Of a stretch of 64,000 nt of DNA, positions 36,575 to 46,673 are shown one piece after another. Source of the stretch: a virus; the IMG/VR virus record IMGVR_UViG_3300042888_000931, positions 1-64,000 of that record. One strand, given 5' to 3'. Position numbers and translations under genes: made by a program. Position 1 is the stretch's first letter. The number at the start of each line of letters is the position of its first letter. The notes below the pieces were generated by a model. That model had not been told where the DNA came from. It saw only the letters and a program-made list of their open reading frames with translations, and did no database searches.

Positions 36575-39500
36575 GTGGCTGATGTAAACTCAAATATTGG
36601 TATTAATTTTGATACCAGAGCAGCCCTCGCATCTCTTCGTAAACTCCAGGCTGGATTAAGCACATTTAATCAATCCCTGACTCAGGGTAACGTTGCAGCA
36701 ATGAATGCCCAAAAGGGACTTAATGATTCATTGATGCAGTCTATCAATGCTACTGGCAAGTTTGTTGCAAGTCAAAAAGAGATAGCAACAAGTACGTCGT
36801 CATTCACAAGTGCTCTTGAAAAGAACCAACTCTCTATGCGAGAGTACTTTAGATATACAGCAGCAGCAGCGACGGCAAACACAAAAACCTTTAAGGGTAT
36901 GTTTGCCCAAGAGCGTGAGATTATTAACCGTGCTCGTAGAGACAGAGTAAAACTTCTTCAGTCTCAGTACATACAATTGGGTAATGCCAATGGTGACCTT
37001 GTCAAGGTTTTGCAGGTAGTTCCAAAGCACCTACAAATGGCCAATGGCAAGTACGCTGACTATGCAACAAGAGTTCAGATGGCTGCACAGCGTCAACAGT
37101 TCTTAAATCAGTTATTGAAGCAAGGATCAACAAACCTTCTAAACTTCGGTAAGAATACTCAGTGGGCAGGCCGTCAGTTGATGGTTGGTTTGACTATTCC
37201 TCTTTCCATTCTTGGATCTGCAGCAGCAAAAACATTTATGGAAATGGAAGAGGCAGTCCTCAAGTTTACAAGAGTTTATGGAGATATAACAACCTCTGGA
37301 GATGCAACAAATAAAGCAGTTGCTAATATTCAAAGACTAGGTAAAGAGTTTACAAAATACGGTATTACCGTAAAGGACACAATGGAAATGGCTGCAACTG
37401 CAGCAGCAATGGGTATGCAAGGAGATGCTCTAGAAGCCCAAGTAGTTCAAGCAACACGACTTTCTGTACTTGGTCAAGTAGAACAGCAGCAAGCACTTGA
37501 GACTACAATCTCTTTACAAAATGCTTTTGGTATATCTTCAGAACAACTTGCACAGAAAATCAACTTCCTCAACGCAGTAGAAAACCAGACTGTTCTTTCT
37601 ATCGAAGACTTAACGATTGCAATTCCAAAGGCTGGACCAGTTGTAAAGCAACTTGGTGGTGATGTTGAAGATCTAGCCTTCTTTATGACTGCAATGAAGG
37701 AAGGTGGAATTAACGCATCAGAAGGTGCTAACGCACTCAAGTCTGGTCTTGCATCTTTGATTAACCCTTCAAAAAAGTCAGCAGAATTCATGGCACAACT
37801 TGGAATCAACGTAAAGGGAATTGTAAATAATAATGCTGGAGATCTTAAAGGTACAGTAGTTGGTTTTGCTAGAGCACTTGATACTTTAGATCCACTTAAC
37901 CGTGCAAGAGCAATTGAGCAGATGTTTGGTAAGTTCCAGTTTGCTCGTCTATCAACATTATTCCAGAACGTTACAAAAGACTCTTCTCAAGCAGCAAGGG
38001 CATTAGGACTTGCAGGAGCATCAGTTGAAGAGTTAGCAATTCTGTCTGAGCGAGAATTAAAAAGAGTTGAAGATTCAACAGGGGCTAAATTCAAAAAAGC
38101 CATGGAAAATTTAAAGAATGAACTAATACCAGTAGGTAAAGCATTCTTACAAGCAATAACACCAGTCGTTGAATTTGTTGGAAGACTGCTAGAAAGATTT
38201 AATGGTCTCAGTGATGGAACCAAGAAGGTAATAACAATTATGATTGGAGTGCTTGGAGCAATTGCCCCAGTTGCACTTATGACATTCGGTGTTCTTGTTA
38301 ACGGTATTGCAAACGTAATTAAGTTCTTTGCCATGTTGCGTGGTGGAATTGCTAAACTTAACGGACAGAACAATGTTCTTGGTGGAGGGTTTGACTATTT
38401 AAGTAATAAGCAGACTGAGTTGCTTGCAGAAACAAATGCTCTTCATACCTCTCACCAGCAATTAATCTCTACATTCAATGTTGAAAAATCTGCAGTTGAT
38501 GGTTTGGCAGCATCATACGCTACCGCAGCAAGCCAAGCACGTGCCCTTGCAAGTTCATCACCAGGACTGTTTAATTCAGTCCCAGGGGCAGCAGGAGCCG
38601 TAGCAGGGCTACCTCCTAAGAAGTTTGCAGAGGGTGGAGTTGTTCCAGGCACAGGAAATAAAGACACAGTACCAGCACTACTAACCCCTGGAGAGGTTGT
38701 TCTTACAAAGCAGACTGCAAAAGAAAATCCAGAATTAGTTGCAGCACTTCAAAACGGATCTGTTATGAAGTACAATAACGGAACTGGTAAAAGACAGACC
38801 ACAGGACAATCATCTAAGGGAGTAGCATTTGATGTTGGCGGACAACAACTTCGTTTAGCAATAAAGCCAGAATCAGAAAAGAATGTTACAGCAGTAACAA
38901 ACCTTGTAAAAGCAATGCAAGATGGATCAATGGGTGTTGAAAATGGAGCAGAGGTTCTTCAAGAAGTCTTTGCAAGATTAGCAAAAGAAGGAAAGGTAAA
39001 ACTTGAAACCTTCCTTGCAGAATTAAGAATTGTAACAGAAGAAATGAGTGGTGTTACTTTAGCATCTAATCAAATCAATGACAAAGCAGGATTTACAGGT
39101 AAGCAAAAAATTGCAGGTCACTCTCAAGGAGAATCTGAGGGTGGTGGTAGTAGTGTAAGAGATGACATGTACGCAGCAGGTCGAGGTGCTGAGTATGAAA
39201 GAATGCAGAAAATTGCTAATGAGTCTGGAGACAGAATAGATCAAATACCTGGAATGAAACCACTTCAAAGGCCAGATGCATCAAAGGGCAAGAAGGGAAA
39301 TGTTCAGTTAGACAGAGGTCATATTGCTTCTCCTGGTGCAACGGCAAAATCAGTTTCTGAAGGATGGGACCCAGACTTGTGGGATATCTCAACCCACTCA
39401 GAAAATGAACTATCTGAAATGCTTGCACCTAAGCAAAATGAAGACGGCACAGAAAAAGCAAATGCAGCAAGAGATCTTTATTTTAAAAAATTAGATGAAC

Positions 39501-42500
39501 TTGAAGCAAAAAAAGCAGCAACAACAGAACAAATAAATTCTATAAAAGAAAAAATTCTTGTTAATGGAGCATTGAACGAAGAAGAACTTCAGATCCAAGC
39601 AGGAGTCCTTCAATCAATGCTGGATGACACAGAGTTTATGGCTAAAGAAACAACAGGAAAGAAAGGCAATAAAGGAACTGTTGCAACCCCTGGATTTAAA
39701 AGAGCAGCAACAGCAACAATTTTTGATGCCGAAGGAAGAGCAAAATATCCTAAAACAGATATTGCAGACCAAAGACCTAAAGAAGAGCGTATTGCTTCTG
39801 GAATGGCAAAGGTTGAAAAAAGAAAAGGAAAGTTTAATGAAGACGGTGGTGATGGTTTTGTCCCACTATCAGAAGCCGAAAAGAAAGCAAGACTTGATTC
39901 AATCACAGTTGCTGAAGATGTAGACGCAGACCTTACTGCTGCAGAAAAGAAAGCAGAGACAGCATCACCATCAAAAAGAACTAAGCGTCTTGGAAAAGAT
40001 ATTGCAGACGGACTTGCACAAGGATTAGAAGAAGGAACTCCTGGGGTAAAGACAAAGTCTTCACAACTTACTGATGCAGCGCTTCCATCAGCAGCAGAAA
40101 CACAAGGCAAAGTTGACAAGATGGATCTTGCAAACAAAGCATTCTATGATGATATTGATACACCAGAAATGCGTGATGAAAGACAAGTTCTTAAGTCTCT
40201 AGATAGACAAAGAAGAAAGCGTGGTGCTACAGGAACGGTAGATTCAGTTTCATCAACACCAGTAGCATCTCAAGCATCACTTCTAAATGCTTCAAAGACT
40301 AGCGCAGCAGCAGAAGAGTTAGCGGTAAGCACAGAGCAGGCAGCGACAGCACAAGCACAAGTTGTCCAGCAGATCAAGGATGAAAGCAGATCAAGAGTTA
40401 CTGTTAAGGGTAACACCATTAATATTGGTAAGGCTCGTCAAGAAGCAGATAGATTAGACAAAGAAGCATCTGAAGCAGAAGCAGCAGCAGCAAAAGTTAG
40501 AACTGAAGCAGCAAAGTGGGAAGAGGTTGCAGCCCGTGAAGGTGGCAAGAATATGCACACTGCTGAGAATGCTAGAGACCTTAAGAAACTGGCAGATGAA
40601 GCAGAAATCAGAGCAGCAGAAGCAAGAATAAGAGCAGCAGAAGCAGACATACAGGCAACTCAGTTAGAAAACGGTACTGAAGCGTCAAATGAAATTATCT
40701 CCAATGGAACACAAGAGCAAGGCGATGGCTTAAAGAGAATTGTTGAAGGTACAGAAGACACAGCAGGATCAACACTTTTGGTTGCAGACCAAACTGACGA
40801 ACTTGCAAATGTAACTGGTGATGCCCTTGACGCTCAAACAACAAATACAGAAAACTTAATAACCACTGGTCAGTTAACAGCAGCAGCAAATAATAACCTT
40901 GGAGAAATGCTTCCAGCAATGGATCAAACAGGAGTTGCACAGCAAGACCTTGCAGCATCTTCTGCAAACATTGCAACTGTAAATGATCAAATAGAGGCAG
41001 AAAAAAGAGAGCAGTTAGCACAACTAAAAGCATATAACGCTCAAGAGGCTGCAAGACAAGCAGCAGAAAATGGAATTATCCCACCAGGAAGCCAGTCAGG
41101 AAACGAAGAATTGGGCAAGAACAGAATGGGATCTGTTGCGGCATATGAAGAAGCATCCACATATACCAGAGACAAGAATGGTCAAATTATCTTTGATCCA
41201 GAACTAGATGCAAATGGAAAGAAGCAACCAACAACTCTTTCAGAAAAGCAAGTTAAAGAAAAGAAACGTGGAATGCGTAGAGAAAGGGCTGGCAGGTTTT
41301 CTGGAAAAGTTTCAGGCGGATTAGGTACCGCAGCGATGGTTGCTGGTATGGCAGGAGCACCAGCAGCAGTTACAGGAGGATTAGGAGCAGCAGCAACTGT
41401 TTCACAGTTTGCTCCTATGCTTGTAGGAATGACTGGACCTCAAGGAGTTGTCGTAGGTTTGGCAGCCCTTGCAGCAGGAGCATATGTTTTAAATAAAAAA
41501 TTAGAAGGAACCGCAATAGCAATTGCAAAGTTTACAAGGTCTACAACTGTTGGTGCTGACCTGCTCAAAAAGATAGGAGAGCAAACTGGAAAGGTTGGCG
41601 CTTCTGAATTAATGAACAAGAAAAGATCTGGAGGGCAACTACAGAATTATAACGAAGCAAATAGAGACAGCACCATGGAAGCAACCCAGTTCCTTGAAGG
41701 AGATGCAGGTAAGGCTCTTCAAGCAGCATTTGTTTCAAATTCAACAAAAAATGGAACAGAAGTTGCTGCTCAACAGTTTGCCCTACAACTTGCAGCAGCG
41801 ATATCTGATGGAACAATTGCTCCAGAATTAGGACAAAAAATTGCATACCAGATGGGAATCAATCTTAAAGATTCAGTTGCTGCAACAAGAATTAATGTAC
41901 AGTTAAGAAAACTTATCGGTCCAAATGGAGAAGATCTAGGAAAAGATCCTCTAGAGATTAGAGCAAGAATTGCACAGCAAGCATCTTCTCTATCTGAAGA
42001 TTTAGTGAAAAAAATTAACTCAACCGATAGATCAGAAGTTGGTGGCAACAGCAAACTTTCTATGTTCGGAACACTTGGACTCATCGGAGCAGCATCTGGC
42101 TCTGATAAAACAGCAGCACTTGCAGTTGCTGGTTCTTCAGCAATTGAAACAGCACAGGCACAGGCTGATGCAATGTCGTTATATTATGATGAGCAACTTA
42201 GAGTATTAAGAGCACAAAGAGAAACAACTACAGATAAAGCAAAGCAGTTAGAACTAGACACAAAAATTAAAGACATGTTGGCAGAACAAGAAGCAGGAAT
42301 GACTAGAATGAACTCGGCAGTTCTTGGTCAACTAGCAAGACAGAATGCAATTGCAAAAGATCTAATTGCTAATGGATCATTAAAGGTTAATGCTAGTAGC
42401 GGAGACGATTCAAGTAGGTCCTTCTTCCTTAATGATGGAGCAAGAAGAGAAGATGCATTCTTTGATGCTCAGAAGGCCGATGTTAAGGCTAAATTCCAGG

Positions 42501-45500
42501 GAACAGCACAAGAAGCCTCAGCACAAAGAGTATTAAACTTAGGTGCTAGAGCAGACGAAGATACGTCTTTCCAAAAAAATTATGATCCAGCAGCAGAAGG
42601 AAGCAAGTATGCACAAGGCAAGCAAGCAGGAAGAGCCTTTGAAGCAAAAGTTAATTTCTTGATGCAGTCTGGACAGATGCAGCCAGAACAAATTGAAACA
42701 ATGATGAAGATGTTTAGTGGCGATTTGCAAAAAATGGATACTGTCTTGGCTGTTGGAATGAGACTTCACGGTGGAGCAAAAATGGGAGAACTTGCCTCTA
42801 TGCTGACTGGCGTTGATAAGAAAACTGCTAAGACAATTATGCTTAGAATGGCAAGAAAAAATCCAAAAGAGTTTGATGAAGTTGGAAATGCTATAGCCCT
42901 ATTGCAAGCATCTGATGGTTTAGAAGTAGACATGGAAGCAGCAATCGAACTTCTTGGTGAAAAAGGTTTAGCCCAACTAGGTAAAGATCTTGCAGCAATT
43001 GAAGCACTGCCAGACCCAATAGAAAAAACAGGAATGATAAAGTTTATAGAAGAAAATCCTGATATGAACTTACAAGGTGTAATAGATAATTGGGAGTATT
43101 ACCAATCTCTTGAGCCAGCAGTCAGAAAAGAAGCAATTCAAACTTACAAAACTTTGTTTGAAACAGCAACTAACTTTAACACAGTAGCAGAAAGAGATGC
43201 ATGGGCAAGGATTCAGGCAGAAAATGCAGGACTCTTAGCAGGAGACAAGGGCACAAAAGAATATAACGAAAAATATAAAACAACATTTGAGGCTTTAACA
43301 ATGATAAACGGAAAGCCTGCGACTCTAGAACAGATGCAAATTGTAGGTGCGGACTTTGCACAAGAAGGAACAGAAGCAAAATACAGAAGCAAGTCTACTG
43401 TAGGATCTAAAGATGGAGGGAAAGTTCCAAGCACTGGCGGAGGAGATAAGAAAAACCCTCTAGACTTCCTTGATTCACTTGCAATGAGAATTAAGAATGT
43501 TCGTGATGGAGCATTTGATGCAACAAAGCCATTAGAGTCTATGCTTGCTGCATTTAGTAATCCAAAAATAAAGAAGGACATGGATAGTGCATTTAAGGCA
43601 TTCGATGGTCTTCAGCAAAGAATGATTGGAATGAAGGTTCCAAAAGAATTTAGAGATATGATTGCTGGCATGTCTTCTGAAGATTTTAAAGACCTTGCAA
43701 ACCTAACGGGCAAGAAGGCTATCTTTGAATTTGAAAAGGGTAAGCCAAAAACAAAGGCAAACATTAAGGGCCTTACCGACACTGGCAAAAAGATGATGAA
43801 GACATATAACGAGGCTATAGTTGGAGAAGGCAATGTTGTTAATAGAGAAGCAGTAGAGCAAGTTGCCAACCAAGAAAAAGCGTTTAATATATTAATTTCC
43901 GAAGGAGCAACTGCAACAGAAGCATTAGAACATGTTCAGGATGCAGCCCTTGCTGCAGCAATTGCAGCAGGTGCACTTGGTAAAAAGGGAAGCAAGGAAA
44001 GAAAGCAATATCTTGCAGATCTCAAAAAGGCTACTGATGAAACAGAAAGATTTGCTCTTAAACAAAAAATGATTCAGGCTAACGAAGACTTCAAACTTCT
44101 TCAACAAATGCCAAAACTTTCAACAGCGATGAAATCAGCAGGATTTACTGCAGATCAAATGAGCGAGGTATTGAATGACCCAGCACTTGCAAAGTCTTTA
44201 ATTGAAGACCTCAAAGATGGAAAGGTTGACTCTAAAGAAATAGCAGACTACCTAAACTCTATTGAGGCTAGAAAAATGATTGACATTAAGGTAAACTACA
44301 ACGCTGGAAAATACTCTGATTCCGCCAAGCCAGGAATGGAAATTGTAGATGAGATGTTTGCTGTTCAAGAACAGATGCTAAGAACAGGTGCTGACCCAAG
44401 AACAGAAGGCATGGTTGCACAATTCCAGGCTAACGAAGACCAGTTATTGGCACTAGAAAAAGCAGCAAAACCAATTAGAAGAGAAATTGAACTGCTTAAT
44501 CGTGAGATTAGAGATATAGAGCAGGGTATTGAAAAGAACTACACAAGACCAATAGAAGGACTACAGGAAGAGATTAGCGACTTTGAGCGAACTCTAGAAA
44601 TAGATCCAAAATTTGGTGATCGTGCAATGGAAGAAATTAACAAGGCAAATGCTAAGATGTCAAATGATTCTGCGATTATGGCAAATCAAGCAGAAAAAAT
44701 TAATGAAGAATATGACAAGCAAGCAGAGGCTCTTGAAAAGGTCGCACAAGTAAATGAAGAAATTACAAATCAGCAAAAGAGCCAACTTGATATTGCAGGG
44801 GCTTTAACTAGCGGAGACATAGCAGCAGCAGCAAGAGCAGCACAAGAGGCCCGTGCACAATCAGCACAAAGGTTTGGTACAGCAACAGCAGATGCTTTGC
44901 AACAGTCTAGAGAAAATGAAATCAAGAATCTTAGATCTTCGGATGGTTTAACTCAAAAAGAAATTGATGAAAAACAATTTGAAAATTCTCAAAAACTTTA
45001 CAAAATGGAAAACGATCCAGCACGAATTACAATTCTTGAAAATATTAGGAAAAAGCAAGACGAGATTTATAGACTCGAAGAGTTGCGTGAAGAAGAACTT
45101 CTTAAGATTCAGAAAAAAGAAGATGCTATTCTTAAAATACAAAAAGAACAACTCCAACCTTTGGAAGATAAGATTGCAGATCTCACATATGCTAATGAAA
45201 AGATACAGGAAGAAATAGACCTGCTTGTCAAGGGTATAACAGTTTTGGGCAACACTCAATTAGAGTGGGACAAGATCAAGGCTAAGATTGATGCCAACGC
45301 CCTTGCAAGTAAAAACCTTAATGGTGATCTTGGAGCGTTGCTTGCTTCAACTGCTGCTATAGATGACAAGTGGCAATCTATTCTTGACAAGTTGGCAGAA
45401 TACAATGGCACACCACAAGGCGTTCTTGATGCTCAGGCAGAGGTTGATGGAAGTGCAGAAGATTATGCAGCCTTTGATTCTTCAGTAGAAGCATTGTCAG

Positions 45501-46039
45501 CAGCAGAAGAGGCAATGTGGGCAGCAGAAGATGCACTTAACGCAGCAACCGATGCTGGACAATGGGCAAAGTTTGCAGAACTTCAAAGAGCACTTGCCGC
45601 AGCAAAGGCAAAAGTCGCTGATGCAACTGAGGCATATGACGCTGCTTCAGCGCAAATTAGTGGAAGTGCTGCAGAAGTAACTCCTGGTGCTGGTGGAGGT
45701 GGAGGCTCTACTTCAATGCAAATGATGTCTAAGGGCGGAATGGTAAAGCCAAACTACTTTGCAATGGGTGGATTTGCAAAGGGTACAGATACAGTGCCAG
45801 CAATGCTTACACCAGGAGAATTCATAATGAGCAAGTACGCTGTAGATGCTCACGGTATAAATACATTGAAGTCAATGAATAGCGGACAACCAGTTGGCGG
45901 AGCAGTGTATAATAATACATATACGTTAACAGTAAATGCCAAGACCGATGCAAACCCTAATGAGATTGCACAGGCAGTTATGTCAACAATTAAAAACGTT
46001 GAGGGCAGAAGAGTTAGAGGAGTGTCACTAAATGGCTGA
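36575..46039 (+). CDS. Tape measure protein (3154 aa)
   Basis: TP901-type TMP core in the N-terminal region; long Ala/Glu/Lys helical stretches; two GG...DTVPAxLTPGE motifs; typical C-terminus. Confidence 0.92.
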   Translation: MADVNSNIGINFDTRAALASLRKLQAGLSTFNQSLTQGNVAAMNAQKGLNDSLMQSINATGKFVASQKEIATSTSSFTSALEKNQLSMREYFRYTAAAATANTKTFKGMFAQEREIINRARRDRVKLLQSQYIQLGNANGDLVKVLQVVPKHLQMANGKYADYATRVQMAAQRQQFLNQLLKQGSTNLLNFGKNTQWAGRQLMVGLTIPLSILGSAAAKTFMEMEEAVLKFTRVYGDITTSGDATNKAVANIQRLGKEFTKYGITVKDTMEMAATAAAMGMQGDALEAQVVQATRLSVLGQVEQQQALETTISLQNAFGISSEQLAQKINFLNAVENQTVLSIEDLTIAIPKAGPVVKQLGGDVEDLAFFMTAMKEGGINASEGANALKSGLASLINPSKKSAEFMAQLGINVKGIVNNNAGDLKGTVVGFARALDTLDPLNRARAIEQMFGKFQFARLSTLFQNVTKDSSQAARALGLAGASVEELAILSERELKRVEDSTGAKFKKAMENLKNELIPVGKAFLQAITPVVEFVGRLLERFNGLSDGTKKVITIMIGVLGAIAPVALMTFGVLVNGIANVIKFFAMLRGGIAKLNGQNNVLGGGFDYLSNKQTELLAETNALHTSHQQLISTFNVEKSAVDGLAASYATAASQARALASSSPGLFNSVPGAAGAVAGLPPKKFAEGGVVPGTGNKDTVPALLTPGEVVLTKQTAKENPELVAALQNGSVMKYNNGTGKRQTTGQSSKGVAFDVGGQQLRLAIKPESEKNVTAVTNLVKAMQDGSMGVENGAEVLQEVFARLAKEGKVKLETFLAELRIVTEEMSGVTLASNQINDKAGFTGKQKIAGHSQGESEGGGSSVRDDMYAAGRGAEYERMQKIANESGDRIDQIPGMKPLQRPDASKGKKGNVQLDRGHIASPGATAKSVSEGWDPDLWDISTHSENELSEMLAPKQNEDGTEKANAARDLYFKKLDELEAKKAATTEQINSIKEKILVNGALNEEELQIQAGVLQSMLDDTEFMAKETTGKKGNKGTVATPGFKRAATATIFDAEGRAKYPKTDIADQRPKEERIASGMAKVEKRKGKFNEDGGDGFVPLSEAEKKARLDSITVAEDVDADLTAAEKKAETASPSKRTKRLGKDIADGLAQGLEEGTPGVKTKSSQLTDAALPSAAETQGKVDKMDLANKAFYDDIDTPEMRDERQVLKSLDRQRRKRGATGTVDSVSSTPVASQASLLNASKTSAAAEELAVSTEQAATAQAQVVQQIKDESRSRVTVKGNTINIGKARQEADRLDKEASEAEAAAAKVRTEAAKWEEVAAREGGKNMHTAENARDLKKLADEAEIRAAEARIRAAEADIQATQLENGTEASNEIISNGTQEQGDGLKRIVEGTEDTAGSTLLVADQTDELANVTGDALDAQTTNTENLITTGQLTAAANNNLGEMLPAMDQTGVAQQDLAASSANIATVNDQIEAEKREQLAQLKAYNAQEAARQAAENGIIPPGSQSGNEELGKNRMGSVAAYEEASTYTRDKNGQIIFDPELDANGKKQPTTLSEKQVKEKKRGMRRERAGRFSGKVSGGLGTAAMVAGMAGAPAAVTGGLGAAATVSQFAPMLVGMTGPQGVVVGLAALAAGAYVLNKKLEGTAIAIAKFTRSTTVGADLLKKIGEQTGKVGASELMNKKRSGGQLQNYNEANRDSTMEATQFLEGDAGKALQAAFVSNSTKNGTEVAAQQFALQLAAAISDGTIAPELGQKIAYQMGINLKDSVAATRINVQLRKLIGPNGEDLGKDPLEIRARIAQQASSLSEDLVKKINSTDRSEVGGNSKLSMFGTLGLIGAASGSDKTAALAVAGSSAIETAQAQADAMSLYYDEQLRVLRAQRETTTDKAKQLELDTKIKDMLAEQEAGMTRMNSAVLGQLARQNAIAKDLIANGSLKVNASSGDDSSRSFFLNDGARREDAFFDAQKADVKAKFQGTAQEASAQRVLNLGARADEDTSFQKNYDPAAEGSKYAQGKQAGRAFEAKVNFLMQSGQMQPEQIETMMKMFSGDLQKMDTVLAVGMRLHGGAKMGELASMLTGVDKKTAKTIMLRMARKNPKEFDEVGNAIALLQASDGLEVDMEAAIELLGEKGLAQLGKDLAAIEALPDPIEKTGMIKFIEENPDMNLQGVIDNWEYYQSLEPAVRKEAIQTYKTLFETATNFNTVAERDAWARIQAENAGLLAGDKGTKEYNEKYKTTFEALTMINGKPATLEQMQIVGADFAQEGTEAKYRSKSTVGSKDGGKVPSTGGGDKKNPLDFLDSLAMRIKNVRDGAFDATKPLESMLAAFSNPKIKKDMDSAFKAFDGLQQRMIGMKVPKEFRDMIAGMSSEDFKDLANLTGKKAIFEFEKGKPKTKANIKGLTDTGKKMMKTYNEAIVGEGNVVNREAVEQVANQEKAFNILISEGATATEALEHVQDAALAAAIAAGALGKKGSKERKQYLADLKKATDETERFALKQKMIQANEDFKLLQQMPKLSTAMKSAGFTADQMSEVLNDPALAKSLIEDLKDGKVDSKEIADYLNSIEARKMIDIKVNYNAGKYSDSAKPGMEIVDEMFAVQEQMLRTGADPRTEGMVAQFQANEDQLLALEKAAKPIRREIELLNREIRDIEQGIEKNYTRPIEGLQEEISDFERTLEIDPKFGDRAMEEINKANAKMSNDSAIMANQAEKINEEYDKQAEALEKVAQVNEEITNQQKSQLDIAGALTSGDIAAAARAAQEARAQSAQRFGTATADALQQSRENEIKNLRSSDGLTQKEIDEKQFENSQKLYKMENDPARITILENIRKKQDEIYRLEELREEELLKIQKKEDAILKIQKEQLQPLEDKIADLTYANEKIQEEIDLLVKGITVLGNTQLEWDKIKAKIDANALASKNLNGDLGALLASTAAIDDKWQSILDKLAEYNGTPQGVLDAQAEVDGSAEDYAAFDSSVEALSAAEEAMWAAEDALNAATDAGQWAKFAELQRALAAAKAKVADATEAYDAASAQISGSAAEVTPGAGGGGGSTSMQMMSKGGMVKPNYFAMGGFAKGTDTVPAMLTPGEFIMSKYAVDAHGINTLKSMNSGQPVGGAVYNNTYTLTVNAKTDANPNEIAQAVMSTIKNVEGRRVRGVSLNG

Positions 46040-46673
46040 TGAAGTAATAGACCCAAGAGTCACCTATATGCTAGGTCGTAAAAAGTATAGAAGACCAAGC
46101 GGTATGCTGTGGTCAGAAAACACTGGCACCCTACAAAATGGACTCTATGTCCCTAATGGCTATGAGGTCGGGGCAGATCCAGAAGGAGTTGACGATCCAT
46201 CACTAGTAGACCAGTTCTTATTAATTACTGATGATAATAGACAGACCCTACAGTTTAAAAATGAAAGAATTGAAAAGCGTGAAAGAATGATTAATGGTCG
46301 AATGAGATCTTATCATATTGCTGACAAACTTACTCTAAGTACCAGTTGGACACTAATTCCATCTAGGTCTCATGATGATGTTCCAACATTTAATACAGTA
46401 ACTGGTTTGTCTCCAAACAAATCATACACAACAGATGGAGGAGCAGGTGGTGCCGACATGCTCGAATGGTATGACGCACACAAGGGATCTTTTTGGGTAT
46501 TTCTTGCTTACGATAGAAAGGGTATATTCAAAGGAACTGCAGATCCTTATAACCATCTCCAGCAATATAACCAACTAATTGAAATGTTTATTAGCGACTT
46601 TTCTTACTCTGTTGAAAAACGAGGAAACAAGTTTGACTACTGGAATGTATCAGTAACCTTGGAAGAAGTATAA
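46032..46673 (+). CDS. Putative distal tail protein
   Basis: Directly after the TMP; RMINGRMRSY and WNVSVTLEEV motifs. Confidence 0.65.
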   Translation: MADEVIDPRVTYMLGRKKYRRPSGMLWSENTGTLQNGLYVPNGYEVGADPEGVDDPSLVDQFLLITDDNRQTLQFKNERIEKRERMINGRMRSYHIADKLTLSTSWTLIPSRSHDDVPTFNTVTGLSPNKSYTTDGGAGGADMLEWYDAHKGSFWVFLAYDRKGIFKGTADPYNHLQQYNQLIEMFISDFSYSVEKRGNKFDYWNVSVTLEEV

